A stretch of 63,406 bases of DNA, filler included, from Chiloscyllium plagiosum (lineage: Eukaryota), in assembly GCF_004010195.1 (NCBI RefSeq). It is 3 parts of one record of this genome, joined end to end, with 100 filler letters (N's around TTAATTAATTAA, not from the genome) between each part and the next. Parts side by side here need not be neighbours in the genome. Positions count along the whole stretch, not along the records: positions 1 to 24,263 come from NC_057710.1; 2 more parts are not named here. The stretch is one strand, 5' to 3'. The notes under the pieces were generated by a model. It was not told the DNA's origin and searched no databases. It saw only the letters and a list, made by a program, of their open reading frames with translations. Made by a program: the position numbers and the translations under genes. Shown one piece after another: positions 1 through 13,228 of the stretch; position 1 is the stretch's first letter; every line of letters begins with the position of its first letter.

Positions 1-446
1 GCCGTGCTGGAAGTTTTTGTTGCAAACGTTTCGTTCCCTGTCTAGGTGACGTCCTCAGTGCTTGGGAGCCTCCTGTGAAGTGCTTCTGTGGTGTTTCCTC
101 CGGCATTTATAGTGGCCTGTCCCTGCCGCTTCCGGTTGTCAGTTTCAGCTGTCCGCTGTAGTGGCCGGTATATTGGGTCCAGGTCGATGCGTTTGTTGAT
201 AGAGTCTGTGGATGAGTGCTATGCCTCTAGGAATTCCCTGGCTGTTCTCTGTTTGGCTTGCCCTATAATGGTAGTGTTGTCCCAGTCGAATTCATGTTGC
301 TTGTCATCTGCGTGTGTGGCTACTAAGGATAGCTGGTCGTGTCGTTTCGTGGCTAGTTGGTGTTCATGGATACGGATCGTTAGCTGTCTTCCTGTTTGTC
401 CTATGTAGTGTTTTGTGCAGTCCTTGCAAGGGATTTTGTACACTAC
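1..446 (-). mobile_element. Penelope-like element (Poseidon-type), GIY-YIG endonuclease 3' part and 3' UTR; truncated, with a premature stop
   Basis: Minus-strand translation VYKIPCKDCTKHYIGQTGRQLTIRIHEH...HEFDWDNTTII...AREFLEA matches the PLE GIY-YIG pattern. Confidence 0.9.
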
Positions 447-760
447 AACATGAATTCGACTGGGACAACACTACCATTGTAGGGCAAGCCAAACAGAGAA
501 CAGCCAGGGAATTCCTAGATGCATGGCACTCATCCACTGACTCTATCAACAAACACATCGACCTGGACCCAATATACCGGCCACTACAACGGACAGCTGA
601 AACTGACAACCGGAAGCGGCAGAGACAGGCCACTATAAATGCCGGAGGAAACATCACAGAAGCACTTCACAGGAGGCTCCCAAGCACTGAGGATTTCACC
701 TAGACAGGGGACGAAACGTTTTTGCAACACAAATTCCCAGCTTGGCAAACAGAACCTCAA
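446..760 (+). mobile_element. Inverted partial copy of the same Penelope element 3' end
   Basis: 446-~741 is a near-identical reverse complement of 1-299 (QHEFDWDNTTIVGQAKQRTAREFL...). Confidence 0.9.
684..725 (+). ncRNA. Minimal hammerhead ribozyme-like motif in PLE 3' UTR (mirror copy on the minus strand at ~21-61)
   Basis: CTGAGGA-(imperfect stem II)-GAAA-CG-TT core; stem II has mismatches. Confidence 0.55.
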
Positions 761-762
761 CG

Positions 763-2930
763 ACTTATCTATTTTTACACTTACCAGAATTGCTAACATC
801 TCCTCCTTATGCACTTCAATCCCATCTAGTCTAATAGCCTGTATCTCAGTATTCTCCTCGACCACATTATCTTTTTCTAGTGTGAATACTGACGAAACGT
901 ATTTATGTAGCACTTCCCCATCTCCTCTGACTCCATGCACAACTTCCCATTGCTATGCTCGATTGGCCCCAAACTTACTGTAGTCATTCTTTTATTGCTG
1001 ATATAGCTATAGATAGCCTTAGGGATTTCCTTGATCCTATCTGCCAACTACTTCTCATGTCCCCTCTTGGCTCTTTTTCGCTCTCTCTTTAGGTCTTCCC
1101 CAGCTAACTTGTAATTCTCAAGCGCCCCAACTGAGCCACCACATCTCATCCTAACATAAGTTTTCTTCTTCCTCTTGACAAGAGATTCAACTTCCTTAGT
1201 AAACCATGGTTCCCATGCACGACAACATCGTCCCTGCCTAACCAGTACATACTTGTCAAGGATTCGCAATAGGTGGTCCTTGAATAAGCTCCATATTTCA
1301 ATTGTGCACATCCCCTGCAGTTTCCTTCCCCATCTTATGCATCCTAAATCTTGCCTAATTGCATTGTAATTGCCTTTCCCCTAGCTATAACCTTTGCATA
1401 GCAGTATATACCTATCCCTTTCCATCACTAAAGTAAACATAACTGAACTATGGTTACTATCACCAAAGTGCTCACCTATCTCTAAATCTAACACCTGGCC
1501 AGGTTCATTACCCAGTATCAAATCTAATGTGGCCTCATCCCTTGTTGGCCTGTTTACATGCTGTTTCAGAAAACCGTCCTGCACACATTAGACAGAAACT
1601 GACCCATCTAAAGTACTTGAACTATAGTATTCCCAGTCAATATTTGGGAAGTTAAAGACCCCATAACAACTACCCTGTCACTTTCACTCCTATTGAGGAT
1701 CATCTTTGCTATCCTTTCCTCTACATCTCTGGAACTATTTGGAGACCTATAGAAAACTACCAACAGGTTAACCTCCCCTTCCCTGTTTCTAATCTCAGCC
1801 AATACTAACTCAGTAAACAAGCCCTCAAACGTCAATTGTGAAGCTATAATACTGTCCTTGACTAACAGTGCCACATCACCTCCTCTTTTACCATATTCTC
1901 TGTTTAGGTTAGATTAGATTAGATTCCCTACAGTGTGTGAACAGGCCCTTCAGCCCAACAAGTCCACACTGGCCCTCCGAAGAGTAACCCACCCAGACCC
2001 ATTTCCTTCTGACTAATGTGCCTAACTCTATGAGCAATTTAGCACAGCCAATTGACCTGACTTGCACATCTTTGGACTGTGGGAGGAAACCTGAGCACCC
2101 GGAGGAAACCCACGCAGACACGGGGAGAATTTTCTTACCGAAACATCTAAATCCCAGAACCTGCAATAACCATTCCTGTCCTTGCTCTACCCTTGTCTCT
2201 GAAATGGCCACAACATCAAATCCCAGATACCAACCCATGCTACAAGTTCACCCATCTTATTCCGGATGCTCTTGGTGTTGAAGTAGACACACTTTAAACC
2301 AATGTCTTGCCTGCCGGTGCCTTCTTGCAATCTTGAAATATTAGTTCTGACTTCACTAGTCTCAACCTCCCGTATACTCGAAATTCAATTTCAGTTCCCA
2401 TCTCCCTGCTAAATTAGTTTAAACCCACCCGAAGAGCATTAGCAAATTCCAACCGCCTCCCCCCGCCCCCAAGATATTGGTACCCATCTGGTTCAGGTGA
2501 AGACCATCCTGTTTGTAGAGGTCCCACCTACCCCAGAAAGAACCCCAGTTATGCAGAAATCCAAAACCCTCCCTCCTGCACCATCCCTGTAGCCAGATAT
2601 TCAACTCCTCTCTCTCCTTATTCCTCACTTCACTAGTACGTGGCATGGGCAACAAACTAGAGATAACAACTCTGTTTTTTCTAGCTCTAAGCTTCCACCC
2701 TAGCTTCCTGAATTTCTGCCTTAAATCTCTGTCTCTCTTCCTACCTATGTCGTTAGTGCCTATGTGGACCACGACTTAGAGCTGCTCCCCCTCCCCCTCA
2801 AGGATCCCAAAAACACAATCAGTGACATCACGAACCCTGGCACCAGGGAGGCAACACACCAACCGTGAGTCTCCCTCGTTCCCACAGAACCTACTATCTG
2901 TCCCCCTAACTATGGAGTCCCCAGTGATTC
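763..2930 (-). mobile_element. CR1-clade LINE (HER1-like): ORF1 esterase end plus ORF2 endonuclease region, degenerate
   Basis: VHIGTNDIG...DGLHLN (SGNH esterase); FDVVAISET, VFYRSPNS, PTRDEATLDLIL and GDSNHS (APE motifs); many frameshifts. Confidence 0.9.
1905..2130 (-). mobile_element. 5'-truncated HE1-type SINE inserted in the CR1
   Basis: (TAGAT)n tail and GGAGGAAACCCACGCAGACACGGGGAGAA body; interrupts the endonuclease frame. Confidence 0.85.
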
Positions 2931-3300
2931 ATGCTGCAAGTTCACCCATTGTATTCCAGATGCTCCTGGCGTTGAAGTAGACACACTTCAATCCAACTTC
3001 TTGCGATTCGAAATCTTAGTTCTACTTCACTACTCTCAACCTCCCGTATACTCGAACTACAATTCCGGTTCTCATTCTCCTGCTGAATTAGTTCAAACCT
3101 ACCCGAACAGCATTAACAAATTTCCCCCCAAGAATATTGGTACCCCTCTGGTTCAGGTAAAGACCATCCTGCTTGTAGAGATCCCACCTACCCCAGAAAG
3201 AGCCCCAATTATCCAGGAATCCAAAACCCTCCCTCCTGCACTATCCTTGTAGTCACATGTTCAACTCCTCTCTCTCCCTATTCCTCACCTCGCTAGCACG
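2931..3300 (-). mobile_element. Second CR1 fragment (ORF1/ORF2 junction) repeating ~2237-2640
   Basis: Direct similarity to 2237-2640 (atgctgcaagttcaccc...gaagtagacacact). Confidence 0.85.
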
Positions 3301-3494
3301 TTAATAGACGTTAAATTGATTAGCCTCTGGTTTAAGGTTTTATTCTTACAGGGTATAACATTTGCAATTCTCCAATTGACTCACTGTTACTAAGCAGGAT
3401 TGGAAGATTTTAATAAACACATACTGATGTGATAATACGTGACATTTTTCTCCCCCTTGACCTGCTGGAATATTTCTGTCAACAAAACCCTTAC

Positions 3495-3549
3495 GAAAAG
3501 GACCTTGAAGTATAATTGCTGCAATGCTCGTACTCCCAACAAGGGCCAT
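3495..3549 (-). CDS. Candidate 55-nt coding exon, phase 1 to 2: (D)GPCWEYEHCSNYTSRSF(S)
   Basis: Minus strand: ...gttaactgaacactag|ATGGCC...CTTTTC|gtaagg; open frame that is phase-compatible with the 8943-8975 exon. Confidence 0.45.
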
Positions 3550-5104
3550 CTAGTGTTCAGTTAACAATATGCAAGTACCATTCATGTCATGGAACACAAT
3601 ATCAGGAGCTTCAGTCCAAAGAAGTGGAAATGTATTTACAATAAGCAAAGCAAAATTAACATAAGTAGAAGAAAGCAGATAGCAACAAAGAAGAGTGCAT
3701 TTAGCAGCACAGCACCAGAATCCAGAGCAGAAATTGAACCAAGAGGAATCAGAACTTGCTCACCTTAGAAAGAACAGTCTCAGCATAGAATAGCATTGAA
3801 GTGAGGTCTTGTGGCACAGGAGTCGTGTCCCTATGTTTGGGCAATAACTACAGGATTCAAGTACCACATTAGGAATGATAAACATGGATGCATGTTGTAA
3901 AATAACAAAACATGTTGATTAAAAAAAATTCCCTGGCAGTGGCTGTTTAACATTTATTTAAACACATAGAATAGCAGTAAAGTGAGAAGCAGGCTGGATT
4001 CTGGAATAGAGACAGTTCAGCAGAGCATTTGGTCTCAATAGAAAGCAGTGGCAAGGATAGAGGACACAGTAAAACTGAAAGTCAGCAAAAAACACAGAAG
4101 AAAGCAGTTTTCTGTCGAGGAACCAACGCTTAGTAATTCAGTGAAGTCAGCAGATGAACAAATCTCCAGCCAAATTCTAAGTCCCGTAGGGACACAATGA
4201 AAATAAGTTGTTTTTAATTGGTAATTAGGAGTAAAATTGAATTTATAACATAAATCTATGTCTAAACTGATATAGAGTACCATAAAATTAAATTACAATG
4301 CTTTCATTTCCACAACAAAATGCAGAAATAATAAATAATCCTAAATGTGTAACAAAAGCATTTAAAAAGGAGCATCAAATTTAAATTCAAATTCATTTAA
4401 AACAGACATTATTCACTTCTCCACAAGAGGTCACTCTTCTATTCTTTGCAGCAGGCTACATTTGTGGAGGATTCTCAGGGCTCCTATTTATAATAATAAG
4501 GTTGTTGTTATAACTTACAATTGCTGTCTGATTCGCTATGTTCATAAGAAACATTACATCTAAAATCTTTTTTATTATTAATATCAGTGCCTTTTCGTTT
4601 CTCAGTCCCATGTCAATGATTGATTATTTTGTTAATCAAGGTTCTAGTTAAGCAAGAAATTTGCAGCCTGGTCAGGGACTACAACACCTGCCATTGTTTT
4701 TGACTAGCTGAGTGAAAGTATATAAAAATGGAGCTATATGATCATTGTATGATAATTTTTCCATCTTTAGTGTCACTTTTATGAATGATACAGCCAGGAT
4801 CATGAACTTTTCCCTGGCAACTTTTACAGTGGCTAAAGGGTTCAGAATTACCAATGCATTTTGCCCTGCACACAACAAAGGAACATGGACATTTTGTAGC
4901 AGAGTAAAGATTGATGAAGATTATTGCTCATCACACAACAACTTTGTAAAATATTCCAAGGCACTTCAGATAAGAGTGAGGACGGAGACAGAGAGGTTTA
5001 ACAAATAAATTCCACAGGTTGGGACCTAGAGAAAGAAAAGTACAGCACAAAATGGAATGTTTGTGAAGGAAATCAGGAATTCTCTTGAGATCAGAATCGA
5101 ATGC

Positions 5105-6290
5105 AGAGTTCATAGTCATAAAGGCACAGAAACAGACCCTTCGGTCCAACTCATCCACGCTGACCACACATCCCAAATAAATCTAGTTCCATTTGCCAGC
5201 ATTTAGCCCATTTCCTCTAAACCCTTCCTATTCATGTATCCATCCAGATACCTTTTAAATGTTGTAATTGTACTAGCCTCCACCACCTCCTCTGGCAGCT
5301 CATTCCATACACATACCACCCTCTGTGTGAAAATGTTGGCCCTTAGGTCCCTTTGAAATCTTTCCCCTTTTACCTTAAACCTACGCCCTCTAGTTTTGGA
5401 CTGACACACTTTGGGGAAAAGACCTTGTCTATTTACCTTATCCATGTCCCTCATGATTTTATAAACCTCTATAAGGTCACCACTCAGCCTCCAATGCTTC
5501 AGGGAAAATAGCCCTAGTCTATTCAGCCTCTTCCTATAGCTCGAACCCTGGCAGCATCTTTGTCAATCTTTTCTGAACCCTTTCAAGTTTCACAACATCC
5601 TTCCTACAACAGGGAGACCAGCATTGATCGCAGTATTCCAAAAGTGGCCTAACGAATGTCTTGTACAGCTGCAACATGACCTCCCAACTCCTATACTCTG
5701 TGCTGTGACCAATAAAGGTAAGTATGTTCTTTCTTCTTGTTTTATACCAAATGCCTTCTCCACTATCCTGTCGACCTTTGACTCCACTTTCAAAGAACTA
5801 TGAACCTGCACTCCAAGTATCTTTGTTCAGCAATATACCCCAGGATCTTAAGTGTATAAGTTTTGCCCTGATTTGCCTTTCGAAAATGAGTCCCTCTCAT
5901 TTATCTAAATTAAACTCCGTCTGCAACTCCTCGGGACATTGGTCCATCTGATCAAGGTCCAGTTGTACTCTGAGGAAGACTTCTTCGCTCTCCACTACAT
6001 CTTCAATTTTGGTGTCATCCAATGTTCGCATCCAAGTCATTTATATAAATACCAAAAGGCCATGGACCCAGCACTGATCCTTGTGGTCACAGGCCTCCAG
6101 TCTGAAAAGCAACCCTCTACAACCACCCTCAGTTTTCTACCTTCAAACAACTTCTGTAACCATATAGCTAGTTTTCTCTGTATTCCATGTGATCTAATCT
6201 TGCTAACCAGTCTACCATGGGGAGCCTTGTCAAACACCTTACTGAAATGCATATAGATCATGTCCAGTGCTCTGCCCTCAACAATTCTCT
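5105..6290 (-). mobile_element. CR1 LINE 3' portion (RT C-terminus and tail)
   Basis: IYMHFSKVFDKAPHGRL; FTQRVVCVWNELPEEVV. Confidence 0.9.
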
Positions 6291-6334
6291 TTGCTTGCAG
6301 ATTTCTCAGGGTATCTTCTATTTCCCTTGCACTA

Positions 6335-6660
6335 TTGAAGCCCTACAGTGTAGAAAGAAGACATTCAACCCATCAAATCTGCACCAACCTTCGGAAAGAC
6401 ATTGCATCCAGACCCAGGTTCCCACCCTATCCCCATAACCCCGCAATTTCCATGGTTAACCCATGGCTAGCCTGTACATCCCTGGACACTATGGGCAACT
6501 TAGCATAGCCAATCCATCTAACTTGGACTGTGGGAGAAAACCGGAGCACCTGACCAAAACCCATAAAAGACTCAGAGAGAATGTGTAAACTCCACACAGA
6601 CAGTCACCTGAGGGTAGAATTGAATCCATGTCCCTGGTACTATGAGCCAGCGTGCTGCCC
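6335..6660 (-). mobile_element. HE1-type tRNA-derived SINE
   Basis: Similar to the SINEs at 8495 and 17256; tRNA-like head at the 6660 end. Confidence 0.8.
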
Positions 6661-6704
6661 ATTATGCAAATGCGTAGGACCTAAACTGAAATAAATTAGT
6701 AGTG

Positions 6705-7600
6705 AATCTGCTTTTTTGTCATTTATATAAATGATTTGGATGTGAACATAGGAGGTATAGTTAGTGTAAGTTTGCAGATGACAGCGAAATGGAAGGTGTA
6801 GTGGACAGTGAAGAAGGTTACCTCAGACTACAACTTGATCACTTGGGCCAATGGGCTGAGAGTGGCAGATGGAGTTTAATTTAGATAAATGTGACATGCC
6901 ATATTTTGGAAAGGCAAATCAGAGCAGGACTTAATGGCAAAGTCCTGGGGAGCGTTGCAGGTTCACAGCTCCTTGAAACTGGAGTAGCAGGTAGATAGGA
7001 TAGTGAAGAAGGCGTTTGGTATGCTTTCTTTTATTGGTCAGAGTATTGAGTATGTTACAGCTGTACAGGACATTTGATAGGCCACTTTTGCAATATTGTG
7101 TGCAATTCTGGTCTTCCTCCTATTGGAAGGATGTTGTGAAACTTGAAAGGGTTCAAAAAAGATTTATAAGGATGTTGCCAGAGTTGGGGAATTCGAGCTA
7201 TAAGGAGAGACTGAATAGACTGGACCTGTTTTCCCTGGAGGCTGAGGGGTGACTTTATAGAAGTTTATAAATCATGAGTAGCATGGATAGGGTATATAGG
7301 CAAGATCTTTTCCCTGGGGTGGGTGAGTCCAAAACTCGAGGGCATAGGTTTAGGGTGTGAGGGGAAAAAATTTAAAAAGGACCTAAGGGGCAACTTTTTC
7401 ACACAGAGGGTGGTGCGTGAATGGAATGAGCTGCCAGAGGAAGTGGTGGAGTCTGGTACAACTGCAACATTTAAAAGGCATCTGGATGGTGGTATGAATA
7501 AGAGGGGTTAAGAGGGATATGGGCCAAGTGCCGGCAAATGGGACTAGATTAGGTTAGGATATCTGGTTGGCATGGACGTGCTGTGCATCTCTATGACTCT
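6705..7600 (+). mobile_element. CR1 LINE 3' portion
   Basis: KFADD-like motif; RPLLQYCVQFWS; FFTQRVVREWNELP; ctctatgactct tail. Confidence 0.9.
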
Positions 7601-8227
7601 AAATGCATCAATATATTATCATACAATCCTCTGATAAGTTTTTTTTAACAAATGGACTTAAATGGAAATATAGATGTCGAAGAGAAGTAAAACCAACTGT
7701 CGACACCCTGTCATCCACCCAAATACTTTCAGTCATGTGGGGTTTAACTGAGAGTTGAGGAAGGCTTTCATCTGGGGAAGTTATCACTAAAGTCAAGTTC
7801 ATATATTTCCTTGCAAATTTTAAAAATCAACTGAAGATTGACATTCCTTAGTGCCTTTTAGGCACTCAGAATATTTCAAACTATTTCACAGTCAACACAT
7901 TCATTTTGAACTTTAATTACTGAGCTTTTATAAAATGCAGCAGCCAATTGGAATGTTGAACTGAACAGTCTGATTCTGGGCTGTGTATCTTGTGTACCTG
8001 CAGTCCTAAGGAATTTGCACACATCAACAAGCCACAGATGGAATGAAATATATTATTGATTGAAGAATAAATATTGACTACCTCACCCTTGGAAGATATC
8101 ATAGCTGACATTTATAGTGTCATGGAATTTGTGACATCCATATCAAAGGGCAGACGGGGCCTCAGTTTAACATCTCATTGAAAACAACCTCTTCTAGTAG
8201 TTCTGCAATGCTGCACTGACATGTTAA

Positions 8228-8395
8228 TAAGACCATAAGACATAGGAGCAGAAATTAGGCCATTTGGCCGATCGAGTCTGCTCTGCCATTCAATAATGGC
8301 CAATAGGTTTATCAACCCCATTTCCTATTTTCTTCCCATAACCTTTTATCCCCTTGGCAATCAAAAACTTATCTATCTCTGTTTCAAATATAATC
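8228..8395 (-). mobile_element. Short CR1 3' tail
   Basis: taagaccataagacataggagcagaa... tail, same as the copy at ~23985. Confidence 0.7.
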
Positions 8396-8494
8396 CTGGA
8401 CCAGGCCTTTAAAACAAAATCTGCTAAGCGTAAGAGGCAAGCAAAATGTCAGCTGGCCAAGTTAAAATCTGGCTAGGTTTATTTAATCACCATT

Positions 8495-8830
8495 TAGTAC
8501 AGTGTTGTGGCTCAGTTGTTAGCATTGCTACCCCACAGCGGCAGGGACCCGGATTCAATTCCAGCCTTGGGCAACTGTCAGTGAGGAATTTGCATGTTCT
8601 CCACATGTCTGCATGGGTTTCCTCCCACAGTCCAAAGATGTGAGGGCTAGGTGAATTTGCCATGTTAGATTCCCCTGTAGTGTCCAGGGATGAATAGGTT
8701 AGGTGGACTAGCCATGGAAAATGTGGGGTTACGGAGTAGGTGTGTGGCTCTGGGTGGAATGCTCTTCGGAGGGGCAGTGTGGACTCGATGGGCTGAATGG
8801 CCTGCTTCCACACTGTAAGGATTCTATGCA
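8495..8830 (+). mobile_element. HE1-type SINE
   Basis: Pol III A box (TGGCTCAGTTG) and B box (GGATTCAATTCC) plus CR1-like tail. Confidence 0.85.
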
Positions 8831-8942
8831 GGATCGGTGGATGGATCTGGGGAATTATGAGAATGATCATTTAAAAGAAACTGGGAGGTCTCTGGTAAGT
8901 ATTGAGATAGTTGCCTCGGTAAGGTATTTGTAAAGAACTTAC

Positions 8943-8975
8943 CTGACTGAAACACAAGTGTCTGCTTCACCCCTC
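8943..8975 (-). CDS. Candidate 33-nt coding exon, phase 1 to 1: (G)GVKQTLVFQS
   Basis: Minus strand: cttttctttcacacatggtccctggtctgcag|GAGGGG...AGTCAG|gtaagt; consensus donor and strong acceptor. Confidence 0.55.
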
Positions 8976-9759
8976 CTGCAGACCAGGGACCATGTGTGAA
9001 AGAAAAGCACACAGAAGCATGCCTTTTCACTGTGTGCAACACCTTACCCTTGGAACATTCAACAGACCACCCTGTCCCTTCTGGGTTTTACAATCTGTCA
9101 GTGACCACTCATTTCTCATGATTCAACAATATACCAGGTATTCAAAATCTCAGAGTAAATCTCAATAGCTCAGTCAGCAAATCCACTGTTTGATCTTGAA
9201 CTTAGTCTATTAGGGCTAAAAGTAACAAGAAAGGATTGATAACATACATTAGATTAAATGATTTTTGTGTAACAGCAGTAGGATATCCCCTGGGTAAGAC
9301 AGCATAAATCAGTGAGTATTGCTCCTTCTCATCCAATATTGAGTGACACATATAGAAAAAGTGCCTGGTCTGGACAGGTGAGGTTTAGTCATCTAGGCCC
9401 AGTGGCCAGAATGTCCTGATGGTAAGAAGTTAAATTTCTGCAGAAGTTCTGTTGATTCCCAGTGTAACTGTGACACACAATTCACAGAAACCCTGAAGAA
9501 AATATGTAACAATTCATTAATGAATTGTACCAGGGTTTCAGTTGATCTATTGTTGAAGTTCTGTTCAAGATGTCTGAAGCCTTTGACACAGTACTATCCT
9601 CCTCCGATGCCTGTCATTCGGCTGGGAGGGATAGATTTGTCTAGTCTCATTAGTAACTGTCCAGTCATAGCCAGAAATCACCTCTGGGGTCCTCCAAAGA
9701 GTCTATTGTGCCACCTTATTGTTTCTGCTGTTAATGTAGCCCATTGGCAACGTTATCTG

Positions 9760-10760
9760 AAAACACATCAGCTTCGAGTTGGGCATCGATTATTGTGAGA
9801 ACACTAGCTGTAAGCCATTACTACCTTGACTCCTTCACTAGTCTCTAAACAGCAGATTGCCTATCCAACATTCAGCAATAAATGGGCAGAATTTTTCTCC
9901 AATTTAATACTGAAAAGAGCAAATCCGTTGACTTTGGTCCCTGTCACAAACTCTACTCTTTATAGCCACCAACTTCTTCTCTTTCCTTAACAACTTTCTG
10001 AGGCTGAACCAGACGTTTCACAATTTTGGTATCATATTTGACCCTGAAATGAACTATATTTTGACATCATCATTAAAACTGCCTGCTTCCAGTTCTGTTA
10101 CTGTTCTGTCTCAACTCATCTGCCGGTTAAACTGTGTCCTGATCTCTGTTATCTGTAGATTTGTCTATTTCACTGACCTCCTGGCTGCACTTTCCCTCTT
10201 TCAGCGTCTATAAAACTTGGCCATTTCCAAATCTCTGCTCCCTGTTGCAAGTTGCAAACATCTACCACTGTATGATCACTGCGCTACTTTGGCTTATAGT
10301 GCAGCAGCACCTGAAATTTACAAATATCACCCTTGTATCCAAATCACTCAAGGGCTTCACTTCTCCCTACCTTTTAATGTTCTCCAGAGTCGAAAAGTGT
10401 GGTACTGGAAATGCACAACAGGTCAGGTGACATCCAAGAAGCAGGAGAATTGAAAGGACTTATGCCTGAAACGACAACTCTCCTGTTCCTCAGATGCTGC
10501 CTGACCTGCTGTGCTTTTCCAGTGCCACACCTTTTGACGCTGATCTCCAGCATCTGCAATCCTCACTTTCTCTTAATCTCCTCCAGCCCTACAAACCCCC
10601 AAGACTTTCAAGCTCCTGAAATTCTGGTCTCTTGTATATCTCCTATTTCAATCATTCTATCATTAAAAATTGCATGTGCTTTCAGTTACCTTTGGCCCAG
10701 AGCTGTGAGGTTCTCTCTTTGCACTTCTTAACCTCACTACCTCACTGTTTTCCTTTAAGA
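9760..10760 (+). mobile_element. Old L2-clade LINE 3' relic
   Basis: Degenerate LNxxKxx, NxGIIFDPEM and FxNITLVSKSLKG motifs typical of the L2 ORF2 C-terminus. Confidence 0.6.
10388..10572. mobile_element. Fold-back PLE-derived mini-element (family A) inserted in the L2
   Basis: Internal inverted repeat; imperfect 14-bp TSD ttaatgttctccag/ttaatctcctccag. Confidence 0.75.
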
Positions 10761-10779
10761 TATTACCACCAATGCAATA

Positions 10780-11090
10780 CATTATACATTATAGCACCTC
10801 ACCGAAGCTCCGTCATCGGAAAGATAGGTGCAGCAAATGCATAGAAGCACAACTACCTGCAAGATCCCCTTCAAGTCACACAACAACCTAACTTGGAGCT
10901 ATATTGCTGTTCTACTGCCGCTGGGTCAAAATCCTGAAATTCCTCCCTAACTGCACTGTGGGAAGCCCTACATCCCAAGAACTGCAGCAATTCAATAAGG
11001 CAGCTCACCATAACCTTCTCCATTGCAATTGGGGATTGGGCAGTAATGCTGGGTTAGACAGTGGCACCCACATCCCATGAATGAAAAAAA
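10780..11090 (+). mobile_element. LINE 3' end (CR1-like family with cccacatcccatgaatgaaaa tail)
   Basis: Related to sequence at ~37750-37820 and to the minus-strand copy at ~48970-49160. Confidence 0.6.
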
Positions 11091-12142
11091 ACTAACTTCA
11101 GCTAAATCTTACATTGTAAAATTTTTTTGGCTAAGTCCAAGTTGGATCAAGAGTTTTGGAGGTGTTTCTGCTGTGAGACATAGTGCATTTCGATGACACC
11201 TTACCAAGGTGTCCTCATGAGCTGCCAACCCTAAAGTGTTCCTCGTGTCTGATTCCAGTCCCACCTTACCAAGGGTCCTCTGCAGAACAACTTACCATAC
11301 ATCAGATGTCTACCGAGATCCCTTGGGCTCAATCCATAATTGGAAGCTTGCTCTGTACCCAGACAAGTGTTGGCAATTTGGCATTGCCCCTCAACATGGC
11401 ACAGCAGCCATATGCAGCCCATGGCACATAGTCGGCATGACTGACATTTCCTTGCAGATACAACTTAATTCTCGAGTTACAGTTCAACCACCAAGTCACA
11501 TTCTTTATTTGCCCTTGGCTATGTCCGATCTAAACACCCTCAATGGCAACACTATCCTATCCTCAATACCCAATATAGATCTGCAGCTTGGCATTGGCTG
11601 CTATGGGAAAGAAATCAGATAATTCCCCAAAATGAGCTTTTCTTTACAGATATGAAAAGAGAATGCAAACAAAAAAAAAGGGTCAGCGGTTCACCACACA
11701 ATACAAACCCCAGATTTTGGCAACATGTGCAATATATATTTACAAGCTATCATCTACCAACTCTCACTGAAGCGCATGTCAATTAGGTAGAGTCTGCTTG
11801 AAACACTTGATTCAGCTGAGCTGTCATGGACCAGGAAAGCCTCCTCCTCCATCATGTCTTATCCTTCTCCTTGGAAGACTGCTCCCAGTCTCCCAGTTCC
11901 TCCGCATCTTTCACATCACCTCATTGCCTGCCCCAATTGTGCAGACTCCAGGCACCAGGAAAGTGCAACACTCTCTGTCCAGACTGTCCTGGAGGGAATG
12001 GCCTGCACCAGTCCAAGCAGTGGAGCTACATCTTCATCAGTTCCAGACACTGCTCCACCATAGCCCTGTTTGAGGTGTGGGCAGCATTAAACTTACATTG
12101 TGCATCAGTCAGGGGACTGTGCAGTCGCATCATGAGCCCTTC

Positions 12143-12474
12143 CTCCAGTAACCAGCTTTGTCAGACCCCTGGACCCATAAATGAACCAGGTACTCGAGAG
12201 TGCTCCAGGACATAGGAGTGATGTCCGAGGACAGGATAGTGGGCATACATCTCGAAGATTAGATTAGATTAGATTAGATTACAGTGTGGAAACAGGCCCT
12301 TCGGCCCAACAAGTCCACACCGACCCGCCGAAGCGAAACCCACCCATACCCCTACATCTCCAGTAACCAGCTTTGTCAGACTCCTGGACCCATAAATGAA
12401 CCAGGTACTCGAGAGTGCTCCAGGACATAGGAGTGATGTCCGATGACAGGATAGTGGGCATACATCTCGAAGAT
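12143..12474. repeat. 117-bp direct duplication flanking a 98-bp minus-strand HE1/CR1 tail
   Basis: 12143-12259 vs 12358-12474 with 2 mismatches; the insert 12260-12357 starts with (TAGAT)4. Confidence 0.9.
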
Positions 12475-13228
12475 GTGACAATGATGATCACAGGTCACCC
12501 AAACATGAATGGAATGGAACCCCTTTCTGTTGATGAATTCCACAGCATTATTTAACGTGTTTGCAGTAGATGGCACCCCGTACTTGGGGAAAGCCAGCTA
12601 CATTTCCTGGATCATACAGCCTGGGCTGCAGCACTGACTTCATCCTGGGGAAATGAAATGTCCTGGTGTGATCTTGCAAGATACATGAATTCAAACAGCA
12701 AGGCAATTACTGCACAGATTCACTGCTATGTCAGTGAGCAGTGTGGGTTTCTCTGTCTCTTTCTCTCTCTCCCTCTCTCTTCCTTCCCTCTTCACTGACC
12801 ATGTGCTGCATATTGTCTGTCCTTCTTCCTTTCAAAAGTGCCGTAGCAGGGATGACAGCAAGCCGAGGAGCAGCAGCAGACCCTTGCAGAGGACAAGAAG
12901 ATAGCAGCTCAGGGAGACCTCACAGCTGCCGCACACCCCAAGATGCAGGACATGGATGGGAGGTTGGGTTTTGCAGTGCCCTTTCATCCTAGAATGAACG
13001 AGGCTGTGTATGTCCCAGGGTTTGCTGAGAGAATCTGATGCATTTATGTGTGCACGACTGAGAGATGCCACATAGTTTACACAAGTAATCCTCCTGGCCA
13101 CTGGAAAAGAATGGCCTCCCACTCCTGCTGTCCTTAGCTCCTGCTGCAGTATGCAGCAGATTCTCTCAGCAAACCCTGGGACAAACACAGCCTCGTTCAT
13201 TCCAAGATAAAAGGGCACCGCAAAACCA

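Noticed and set aside
4453..4500. Plus-strand exon candidate (GYICGGFSGLLFIII)
   Set aside because: Weak donor (gttgtt) and no compatible plus-strand partners found
5105..7600. Opposed CR1 copies as one twin-primed insertion
   Set aside because: Both contain the same 3' region and their own tails, consistent with independent insertions
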